Part shown: in pieces, positions 46,150 through 57,321 of the stretch
Position numbering within the stretch: the stretch's first letter is position 1
Layout of the letters: each line of letters begins with the position of its first letter
Position numbers and translations under genes: made by a program
Source of the DNA: Stylophora pistillata
Lineage: Eukaryota
Reading direction: 5' to 3'
Assembly (NCBI RefSeq): GCF_002571385.2
Contig: NW_019217883.1
Location: 373,797-437,796, forward strand
Length of the DNA stretch: 64,000 nt
Notes under the pieces: generated by a model
Database searches by the model: none
What the model was told of the DNA's origin: nothing
Seen by the model: the letters and a program-made list of their open reading frames with translations, nothing else

Positions 46150-47804
46150 ATGGCAGGAACTGAGGTAAGAAAGTTCTTCCCGTTTATTTAGGTCTTTTAG
46201 ATTTTATAAGGCGATTACAGTATTTCTTACAGGTGCCTGGACAGTTTTTTATTGATCACTGTGTGACACCTCTCAGGTGTAAGTTAAGATTTCAACAAAT
46301 CGAAAGATCATTGTTGTTTGTGCGATTCAGCATGGTTCTTTTGATTTAGGACAAGTCTTTCTCATTTTTTGAACGATCGACCCAAGTTCAATTCCGTGAA
46401 CTTAGGAATTACTTTCTTAGTCAAAAGCCCGCGAATATTGCAAATCAGATTTCGACGAATGATAGTTTATTTCTCGCCGGTCATCAATAAGTAAATTATA
46501 CTGACTGTTTTGCCTGCATTTCAAGGATGAATTTATCATCAAAACCGTCAACTTGCCTTTTCAAACGCTAAAAATAGCTGTTAAAATGAGAAGTGGAATC
46601 AAATCTCCTTTTGCTAGTGAGTTTAGGGCTACATTCAGCTTTACCAAAGAGCAGGGAAGTCGGAAAATTCCGGTCACGGTCAAGGTATTCGGCCACGTGA
46701 CACTCTATGTGATCGTGAACTGTGACAACAATACATTACGGAGTGCGGAGCCCAGAATATTCAAATTTCTAACTGGATCTACAAAACCTCTCTTAAAAAC
46801 CTTACCTGCCATTAAAAGGGGATCAAAGCGTTATTCCCAGTGGCAAACTATGTATGCTTGAGTTTGATAGAGGTTGCTCTTATATTTTTAAGGATTCACG
46901 GCACAAACATGGCAAACGGGAACAATGTTTAGTTTCTTTACATGAAAAAATAACAAATAAACTTATCCTTTGCTTCCTTCAGCATGATAATGAATCATTA
47001 AAGGACCACTGTCCTGCATTTAAGGAAGGCTGCCCTTATTCCAAGTTGACAGAAGATCTTTACATGGGTGAATTGAAAAAATGCCCTGAGTTCCAGAAAG
47101 GATGCCCCTTTAAAGATGCTAACAATGTCAAGGAAGTGGTTGAAGAATTGTCTAAGATGCCAGAATCAAAGCACCACACAGGAGCAGCACACAAACAGGT
47201 ACTTGGCATGCTGAAGGCTGTTCATTCTGAGTCCAAAAAGTTGGAAGAGAAGGTTGGAGAGTGTCCTGTATTCAAGACAGAGGAAGGCTGTCCTTTCAAA
47301 GAAGCCAGCAAGGAAGGGAAACCTTTGGTAGAGCCACCAGCAGCTGTGCTAGAAGATTTAACTGCCTCTGATGTCAGTAAATTGAAGGAGAAGTGTCCTG
47401 CTTTTAAAGAAGGGTGTCCATTTGCCAACGTGGATAATGACTCTCTTTTAGAAGAAATTAAGAAATGCCCTGAGTTTAAAGAAGGATGTGCCTTCAAGGA
47501 TGCCAAAACAACGGAAGAAATTTACAGTAAGCTGTCACAGATGCCAAGCAGCGACAAGGACTACCACCATAAAGAAGCTCTGATGGAGACCATGAAAGTT
47601 GTTCACAGTGTTGGCCATGAGAAAGCTGAGGAGTGTCCTGTTCTACAGAAAGATGGTTGTCCATTTAAAGCTGTTGAGAGTGAAGGAAAGCTTCTTGTGG
47701 AGCCAGCTGATTCAGTGTTGCCAGCTGGGGTGAAAAGGAAGTATCCAGCTTCTGATTCAGGTTGTCCTTTAGCCAAAGCCGGCAAAGAAGATCCGAAGAA
47801 ATAA
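46150..47804 (+). CDS. Uncharacterised 278-aa Cys-Pro repeat protein (two tandem units of about 128 aa, each with 3 x CPxF..GCPF); candidate heme or metal binder
   Basis: Exon 1 46150-46164 (ATG GCA GGA ACT GAG|gtaaga) splices in phase to exon 2 46983-47804 (tttgcttccttcag|CAT). Open frame with a diverged internal duplication, TAA TGA stop, and AATAAA at about 47867. Confidence 0.88.
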
Positions 47805-48284
47805 TGAGTGGATCTCATAATGACACTCACAAGCTGAAACATAACATGCAAAAACATTTTTAAATGAATAAATTTTTTGGTTATGATAACTAAGCTTTCA
47901 ATGAGTACTTTCATTGAAAACAGTAAGCCAAACCATTAAAGTTAACTTTACCATTCTTATCTGAGTCTTGCTGGTTATGATTTGATAACTAAACTTGAAT
48001 TGAATACAGGTTTTCAGCTATTAAAATTATAGGCCTGTGGTAAGAGGCATGAAATCAATGCTGAAGGGAGGCTGGCTCATGATAGTTGCAACCATGGAGC
48101 AAACTTGTATCTCCGAAGTTGTTATGAGAGGGCAATAGGAGCTTCAGGAAGAACAAATTTCCTCATGGAGGGGAATTGCTTTTTTCTTGAACATTTACAA
48201 CAACTTCAAAAGTCTACAAAGTCAATGTAATGAGAAAACTGGGTACTAGAATTGGTGCTCTTTCCCATGCCCTATGCACTGTTA

Positions 48285-48300
48285 TCCAAGATGGCGGCTT
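48285..48300 (+). promoter_or_regulatory. YY1-type motif upstream of AVL9
   Basis: CAAGATGGCGGC about 75 bp upstream of the ATG. Confidence 0.5.
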
Positions 48301-48370
48301 AATGAAGACGGTTTTACAATACAGCGTGGCTCTCAATAAATATCAGCTGGGAATCGGCTGAAATGTCAAC

Positions 48371-51300
48371 ATGACTGACCTCGATCCAGAGAGAGCCATA
48401 CTACATATTGTGGTGGTTGGTTTCCATCATCAGCGAGGATCTGAGGTAAAATGCGTCCCCGTAATTTGTTCGAAAGTACCAGCTTTGACTGAACAAAAAT
48501 GCGACATTCTTTCCCCGTTTTCGTCGTTAATGATAATTTTATTTCCGTAACGCAGGTGGAGTTTTTATATCCTCCGCTCGGAAAGCAGAGAAATTCTCAA
48601 TCTTTAATACTTCCAAGTGAATGGAGATTTCTGCCGTTTTTGGCTTTACCAGATGGAGCTCATAACTGTGAGCAAGGTATGAATTATACTGAAAACTCTT
48701 CATTTTATCGAGTGACGATATCATTATGTTAATGTATCGTGCATTTCAAACATCGCGTTTACAGCTCTTCCTTAATTATTAAGCTGTTTTACGTATTCGT
48801 AGTATTAAAGATATACATCCTGAAAGCTTTTTTAATCAAATAGTTGGGCAAGATTTCCGTAGAACCCCATACTACAGTGTGCATTCAATTCTTGGACAAA
48901 GGAAAGCAGACGCAAAACAACAGATTTCCTTTGGGACTACGGCTTTGTTTTTGATTGGTACGGGGTTATACGGTAACCTTTCCAATAGCTGAATTTTATT
49001 AATTTGCAGACACAACTTTCTTCCATTTACCAAGTCTCAGCACGGCAGACATCGGGCAGAACCCACAATCAACTGTTTTTGGGATTTCTTGTTATAGGCA
49101 GATTGATAGTAAGGTTGGTACAACTAATTTCTCTAATTAAGCTGATGGTGAATTGAAGGGAGGAGTATGTGAATAAACAAAGTTCAGACATGGGAACAAG
49201 CAGTATCATTCCTGTTAGGGTATATCTGAAGAGGGCTGTCTTTGGTGACAGGAACACATTTCGACAACCTAAGCCAAATCTATCATCAATAAGATCATAA
49301 TTTGAATAAGTGTTGTTGTAAAATTAAACTGAATATTCGAACTCACAGAGGATAGTACTTTTTCCTTATTAGGTTGGAGCATGTGTGAAGTGCTCGTTCA
49401 GCTCATATTTTGCTTCCAAAAAATTAGAGACAAGAATCAGACTTTTTGTAGTTTATGGTGAGTTTAGAATGAAGGTTTCTAATTCATTTTATGTTGAAAG
49501 GACTTAAAAATTAAAAGTGAAGATGTGACCAGAAGCACTGTACAGAAGAGTGTTTGTGTCCTGTCTTGCTTGGTGAGTATACAGATGACTTATATTAAGT
49601 GAATATTAACCTGCTGTTTACTAAGTGCCACTTTCATCCTGCAATGTACAGACTGTTTCAACTTAGCCTTCAGATTAAGTTTTATTTTGCTTTTTCTAAC
49701 TAAGCTTAAAGCACAAAAATGCACATGATCTGTTGGCTAACTTAAATGTAGAAGATGAAGTAACTAAACACTGGGGGTCAGAATGTATCAAGTACAAAAT
49801 ATAGAGATGAATCAGTTGGAGTAGATATTTAAGTTTAAAGGAAGGAACTAGTAAAACAGGAGAAATTACCTTAGAGAGTGGTAAACTTTAGATTAAACTA
49901 ATAATTTATCTAATTATTTCACAAAAACATTTATTTACATCTAAACAGGATGATAGTTTACAAAGCTATCAAAAATAATACCAGTGGAAGGATTTTCATA
50001 AAATTGACAACTGTCTTCTTCTCGCCAACCTGATTGATAAAGGCACCTAGAAGAATAATTGGATTGTCACAGTTTTCATTCATACTTTGGAGATCATAAC
50101 AAGATAGGGACCTGGACACTACCTATGATTTGCGCGATAGGGGCGTGGTGTGAGCCGTTCATACCACATTGTTCTTGTTACATGTTCTCGTCATAGATAG
50201 GAATTTATCCATTTCACCGAGATGTTCGTTTAATAGAGATGAGCATTCTCGCTACAGAATGATGAGAACAAGTAACAAGAACAACATGTTATGAATGGCT
50301 CACACCAGGCCTCTATTGCACAAATCATATGTAGTGTCCAGGTCCCTATCTTGCTATAGCATTCTGCTCTAATCATTTTCAAGGTGAATTCTAATTATCT
50401 GACTCCATTACATGATGAAGATCAGTACAATGAAGACAATTAGTGAAAAACAATAATTCAAATTATTATTTAGCACAGAACTAGACAAACAATTAACAGT
50501 TACAATTATTTGATTGTTTTCTTTTTCTTGTTTCATCAGCCACTTTATGGATATTTAAGAGAGAAGCTGCAAGTTGCCACTAGAGTCTATTTCGAAGAGA
50601 AGGATTTCTCTCAAACAGGAATTCTAGAGGTACTTGATATCCACAGACTCAACTGTATTTTTTAACAATTGGTGAAAGCTTTGTAATGACTTCGTTGTTA
50701 CTCTCACTCATAACTTAGTTTCTATCTTAATTTTATTGTGCATGATTTCAGGAACTATATAGAAATTTAAACACGACTATTTCACCAAGTCTGATATCAG
50801 AAGAATCTTTACTAACTGTTGGTGAGTTTTTTATGGTTTTTGATAATAATGAGTTGAGAAAAAATTCTAATTGTTTACAAGAAATTGGTTGTAAAATTTT
50901 TATATTAGACCATATAATTAGTAATGATATCGTGTCAATGCAATAGATTATTTTAATTCCAGGCTTTTTTAGTAACTGTTTTTTTCTTATTAGGTTTTTC
51001 TGCTGTAGAATTAGTTAGAAAGTTCAGACATGAGGTGAGTAAGATTAATTTTATCATGAACAACCACTTTTCAAGATAAAAATTAGTGATAATAATTTTG
51101 AACATTCAAAATTATTATCACTAATTTTTATCTTGAAAAGCTTTTCTAAAAAACTACTTATCAAAACAACCATTTGACATGTGAAATGTATGGAAATTTC
51201 TCAAAGCTAAAGAAAAAAATCTAGAATTGCTCATTGGTTTGTAAGAAAATAACTTTTATTTGATACTGAATGATGTACTTTAAATTTTCAGATTTTAACT

Positions 51301-51585
51301 CTTTTTAAACTGCTTCTTCTCGAAAGAAAGGTATGTGTTTGATGAAACTTGTGATTGTTGAGTACAAGTGGTCAACGATGCATAAAATGGCATGCTTTAT
51401 TGTCATTTATGATATGCCTATTCTCTGGAACCTGTATTTAGCAGTCACCCTGACTGCCATTCCCCTCTGGGTTACCACTTAATACAGGTTGGACTTTAAT
51501 TTTAAGGTAACCACCTCCCAGTTAGCTCAATTAGTTAGAGCGCTGGACTGTTGTGCAGGAGGTCGAGGGTTCGAGCCCCAGCCGA

Positions 51586-51620
<35 letters not shown>

Positions 51621-53836
51621 TGTGCTACCTTTCTATAATATCAAGAAATGGACAGACATTCTAGCCTTCTCGGATAAGGACAAGTAAACCGTAGGTCCCG
51701 TCTCCTGTAATAATATATATTATTACAAAAACCATAGTCTGTGACAGTTTAAAGCTTTTCTTAGTTAATTTGGTTAGGCAGGGGATGTTAAAGAACCCAC
51801 CCACGAGATTACTGTGATGTGGTCTGGCCTGTTTACTGGGAACTTGGGATCCACTGTAATTGGCTAAAGCTGTAGTAGTCTCCCTGCCTGAGATAATTAG
51901 GTGAAGCTAAATATATATATATATATATACCATGTACCTTTAACTTCTTTATCGCAGGTCATCTTTCATGGATTTCCAGTTACTAGTATTTGCTCTCAGC
52001 TTCTCTCACTTGTTTCTCTGTTTCCAAGTAAGTATTTGATAAAATTTATTTAATACTTACAAAATATATTATTACAAAAACCAGTCTGTTATAACTATAT
52101 TCACAGTTTAAAGCTTTTCTTCTTTTCCCTTCTTTTTTCTTTCTTTAGCACTTCATTAACATAAAATAGTGCTAAAATTGTTGCCTGAAAAAAGCCTGAA
52201 GTGATTATTTTGTCCATTTATAATGATTAAGATATAGCAAGAAAGCATTTTGGTTTTAATTGCCACCTTTAGTTTGTGTCAGATGGTTATTTTTTCACTA
52301 GCAACTAGCAACTCAAAGATAAACCTCTTATTTACCCAGGCAAGGCACTATGTGGCAATTATTCTTAATAATCTCACCCTTAGCGTTGAACATAACGTAC
52401 ATGTAAGTCAGTACTCTTTTGTTTTTGTCTTTGGTAGAAATGATTCAGGGTGGCCTGGTGTATGCAATTCCCAGAGAAAATAGAATTTTTCAAGAGGATA
52501 AGTCGGAGAGTGTATGTATGTTTTATAGTGATATAAACACTTTGAGTTGTAACAGTCATTAAGAAAGGTCACCAGTCTTCCATTGTGTTAATGTATCACT
52601 GGTCTCATGTTACAGATTTCCTTTCTATAGTATATTTTAATTAACATTAGACACATACTCTTGGTTAGTTATTTCTGTTAAAGGATGTAGGGTAGCCACA
52701 CCTTTTTTCTGTTGTTTACATATCAAAAACCATGGAAAATGTTTTCATAGTAAACTACATATATCTAAACAAAACAGAAATGAAAAAAAAAAAAAAAGAA
52801 ACAAAACAAAACAACCGTAGCCCTAACCCTTAAGAGAATTAAGTTCAATTTGCATGATGGTTGAGTAAGAGTTTCAAAAATTTCCTGGAGGAATGTAAGA
52901 TATAATATATTTTAATACATGACTATGTAATAAGTGATAAGATAATTTCAAGTGAAGCAAATGTTTATTGTTGTTTTATACTGAAACAGGATATTCATGT
53001 ACATGAATGTGAACAGCTTGCTGTAGATTTATTTGGATTTCCTTTGGCAATCTTTACAAAAGTGAGTAAAGAGGATATTGCCTAATTTTGTATCAGTAAT
53101 CACCAGCTAAAGATTCACTGTTCATTGTTATTTATTCCTTGAAAAATAGTTCCAATTTTGCACATGTCTTAAAAGAAATTCTTCATTTTTATCTCACTGC
53201 TCCTAAAGGTTTAGATATTATTCTTTTACTTTGAGACAGTGAAGAACAAATGAACTCCCATAAAAACTCCCATAAAATTATTCAACATCCTATGTTACAC
53301 CAACATTACTGTCTTACAATGTGGTGTGAATGTTTCTACTGTTTACTCATTTTTTTTCCTTATAGAACTCTTTATTTCATCCTTACTTATCTTTGCAACA
53401 AATGGAACTTTTGAAAAGTTCTCATGTCAGAAGTTTTGTGGTTGGAGCATCAAATTATTTGTACAAACGACAAAAGGGATTATCAGATGTTTTAGTGGAT
53501 GTGAGTACTATGCAGCTATCAGATGTTAGTATGAATCTATAAGGGTTCTGTCACAATAAGGCTATTAGCATTCAATTCTGCAATGGATTATTACAAAATG
53601 ATTGATGTTCCTGTTTTGTTTTTCTTATGACATCTATTTCAGAATGTTTTTTAATCCCAAACTTTCCTTGACCCTTTAACTCCCAGAAGTGATGAACATT
53701 TAACTTCTCCACATAATGTCAATGCATTGTTGGATACTTTTAAAGTTTTACTAAAGACACATCTTTTTAATTTAGCTTTCTATTAGTTCTTCTATTCATT
53801 CATATCTTACCTTTATTTTTTTCCAGAAAATTGTAA

Positions 53837-53868
<32 letters not shown>

Positions 53869-56159
53869 TAGGATTAGCCTCATTGCTGTAAGATTTTTAA
53901 TGTTGTAATGTGCATTCGATCATATCTTTTATTGCATGTTAGACTGCGCAATATAAGAAATAAACATTATTATTATTATTTAAGCAAACAGGTAATGAGA
54001 ATACTCAAACTTGTCAGGTTGAGGTTGCTGTCTTGATTGAACACCAAATTCTCATAACTAATTTACAAGGAAATGTGTGGCAGCAAGAAGGGAGAATCAA
54101 CAATCAGATCTTGAGAGTTCCAGGGTTACATGAAAATGTTTTGCATATTGCAGGGAAAAGGACAAAAATGTGAATTATATTTTGTTTGTTTGTTTTTGGC
54201 AACAGCTGGAGAGTAGTAAAATTGAGATTCATGATCCTGAACTAAACGACCAGTTGTCATTATCAACCGCTGACCTCAGGTTTGCAGACTATCTAATTCA
54301 TCACGTGGATGATTACACTGAGAAAGGGGAACAAGAAGCAGGTTGATTGTAGTGATTTTGACCCTAGTAGAGATATTGCCAATGTATTTTAGTTTTGATT
54401 GTGTGCACATGTAATTCATTACTGCCACTGCAAATGAAAGAAAAATGTTTTAATGTCACAGTGATGATTATCAGGAAAAGGAATAGAAGGAAAGGTTCTA
54501 CTAAGGATTGACTGAATGGTTTCAATGTATCTAAATACATATAGTTCACTTGTGCTCATACTTCCTTTCTATTTGAACAGCAGTCCCCTTAAAAATGTTT
54601 CCAGCAGACTAAACATTTAATTTACTGGTTTATTTAAATGCAGTGGAGAGAGTTAGCAGCTAAAACTTTTTCCATTGCCAAGTCATTATTGGTGATCCAA
54701 TTTAAAAAAATCCAAAGAAAGATGACAGGAGATACTATGAGCTTTAGCTTAACATGTTATCAAGGAGAAAGTCTCTTTTGCCTTTTACTGACTAAGGGTG
54801 GGATAAATACTTGTTCTGCCAATACGCACAGTGTTAATCTCTTGCAAAAAACAAGGTTATTAGGTCACTATCTCCTTAGATTTGGACATAAAACATTACT
54901 TTTTTGCGTAGTGTAGAATAAACTAACTGGATTTTCTTGGAAACTATTTTGAAAGAATCATATAGCTTTCATGAGAGTGATTCAGTTGAAATATTTTCCA
55001 GGAAAAACTAACTACATTCAGTCAGTTTCTTCTATATTATAGCTTTGGAACTGAAATGGACATTTTTGCATGTATTTCACTTAGCATTGAAACTAACTTA
55101 CACAGAGAGCACCCCCTCTCTGATCAAGTCATTAAAAGTAACTTGATGAGAAAACTATTTTTTTCTGTTTTTTTAGGCTGGGATGGGAGTGATGAGTGGA
55201 TCAGAGCCCAGTTTAAATTATATCTTCTGTCATTGTTGTCAACCATTCAACACACAGGTTTGTGATCCTTTGTATAGTTTTGTTCATAATGTGGAAGCAT
55301 TTGTCTGATACTCTTCTGTTTGCAGGGGGTGATGGAATGGCAAATTACAATGATAAATTCGTAGAGGCCTGGAAACAAACTACGAACTATCAAGTGTGGA
55401 GAGGAAAAGAACACACTGGGATTGATGATGTACATGCTGGGTAAAGTACACAGCATTTCCAAAGTTTTCTTTTAATGGCAAACCTTAAAACCAAGGGTAG
55501 TAACATTTTTAATCTTTTTTTGTTGACAGACATCCATTTCAAGGACAGATGGGGCTCTCAGACATTAAAATCAGACTCTCTAAGTAAGATGTTAGCTATT
55601 TATGTTGTTTGTAATTTAACTCTTTAGAAGTGTCACAGAGGAATTGTTTTAAATGATTTATTAGAGGTTATAAGTAAACTTCATTTGGGATAGACAGTGT
55701 AGTCTTTAAATTTTCTTAATATGTTCTATATATGTTTCTATATATGTTTGTCGTTTATAGTGTTATGCAGACAGAAAAGGGCCGTAGGATTGGTCATGCT
55801 GTGGCGGAAACTGGCAAAGTCGTAGGTATGACAACTATTAGATCCTCTTTAGTTGTAGGGACTGCACAAACTTGTTCCCAGACTTCTCCCCTAATCTTCC
55901 TCGGGGTATGAGTAAGAGAGAACTCCCACAACTAGGGAAAACATCAAAGCAGTGTAGAAAGTTATGATATTTTAAGTCTCTACTTTGTTTCTTAGGTGGG
56001 GCTATTAACAGCGCACGCTCATTTGTGACATCATGGTTCTCTGAGTTGACGCAATCATCTTCAGAGCAGAATGAGGAGGAGACTGGGGAGGGTAAAGGAC
56101 CGGAAGAGAAAAATGAAGCAACAATTAATCAAGAGAAGAATGCAATGCTACACGAATGA
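48371..56159 (+). CDS. AVL9: Late secretory pathway protein AVL9 homolog (DENN-like), multi-exon
   Basis: Exons encode ILHIVVVGFHHQRGSE|VEFLYPPL...WRFLPFLALPDGAHN, TVFGISCYRQI, VTRSTVQKSVCVL, PLYGYLREKLQVATRVYFEEKDFSQ, LFKLLLLERK, FGFPLAIFTK, FHPYLSLQQ, LSTADLRFADYL, WDGSDEWIRAQFKLYL, AWKQTTNYQVW and HPFQGQ. TGA at 56157-56159. Confidence 0.95.
50096..50357. mobile_element. Foldback MITE with arms of about 100 bp
   Basis: 'caagatagggacctggacactac.tatgatttg...ggtgtgagccgttcata...tgttcttgttacatgttctcgtcat' pairs with 'atgatgagaacaagtaacaagaaca...tatgaatggctcacacc...caaatcatatgtagtgtccaggtccctatcttg'. Confidence 0.8.
51067..51140. repeat. Perfect AT-rich palindrome, 36-bp arms with a 2-nt spacer
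   Basis: cttttcaagataaaaattagtgataataattttgaa-ca-ttcaaaattattatcactaatttttatcttgaaaag. Confidence 0.95.
51514..51912 (+). mobile_element. tRNA-derived SINE, copy 3 (same head and core, different 3' tail)
   Basis: A box TAGCTCAATTAG, B box GGTTCGAGCCC, and core 'aaaccgtaggtcccgtctc...gatgttaaagaaccca..cacgagattactgtg'. Confidence 0.85.
53668..54128 (+). mobile_element. piggyBac-type MITE interrupted by an L2-like LINE 3' end (about 53728-53980)
   Basis: MITE halves 'ttgaccctttaactcccagaagtga...' and '...gagagttccagggtta' flank DTFKVLLKTHLFNLAFY* with an aataaa-(att)n tail. Confidence 0.7.
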
Positions 56160-57321
56160 TACAGGGTGCAGAAATTTGAGATCAAATTTAGCAGTAATGC
56201 AGTCAGTAGGCTGATAATTACATAAAGGTATAATCCAAGCTTGACATGGAAAGATGACACAGTTGAGGAAATAAATCAGTTTGAATACATGTCCATATTA
56301 AATTATGGTATTGGAAAAGTATCTACTATAGCCAAAGTTGAGCAGAAGAGACCCAACAAACTTTATTTTCTGTTCATTATTTATCACATCCATCAATATT
56401 ATTATTACTATCATTGTTTTGCCCACATTGCTTTTTTTGCTAAAATGGAAAACATCTAAATTATTATGACAAATGGTAATATAGCTCATTAACCTTACCA
56501 AATAGACTTTAATCTTTTCACACTAGCAGCATAATAGCAGTTGTGTCAGTTGTGTTGTGTCAGCTGTGTGTACTGTAATAGAGCATATTTGAATTTTCCC
56601 CAATATGGAAACTGCACTAGAAATAACTTTGTTATAAATAGTACCCTGTGCTTTACTCAAGTAAGTTTGTCACAGGCACCAAACAATTATTTGATAATAT
56701 GATAACCAAAAAACTTACACTATTAAACAAATCTTTAAATATTGTGACTAATACAATGGTACCACTGTAATGAATCCCTGAATAGGAAAGTAAAGTGATA
56801 ATATAGAGTGATGCAAAATTTCCTGTTATATAAATAATAATTATTTTTTGTTAATGATACCAGAGGACTATATTGTTGCCGCAAAACTAGAAGTTACTAA
56901 ATGAAATAAGTAGTGTTTTCACTGTGCCAGGTTTGCTGCTTTTTTAGTCTTCGTTGTTCATATGTTTTCTGTTGAGCGAACTGGTTAGAAAGTTGGTTCT
57001 GTATTCCTTTAGTTTTGGATTTTTCTTGCCATAATTAAAAAAAAATTGACCTAGTGTCAAACTTGTTCCAGGTTTTCATAGGTTTTGCTTTATTTTGTTC
57101 TGCGATAGGTTTAGAAAACTCGTGGCAATTATTTGCATTTTCCCACGCTTGAGAATGGCTATCCAGTTATGTATTCTCACTTTTGATTCTTATTGGCCCC
57201 TTTCAGTATCTTCCTCTTCTGATTGGCTGAAGTGATTACAGGAGATTTTATCTCGATACTTAATTGAACGGCGCTCTAATCATATGGCTTTGCTGAAAAT
57301 GTGCTAATTATTTAAACCCGC

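Noticed and set aside
46854-46982. N-terminal 43 aa of the 316-aa ORF
   Set aside because: Looks intronic: a polypyrimidine tract and AG at 46981-46982, with an in-phase upstream ATG exon at 46150.
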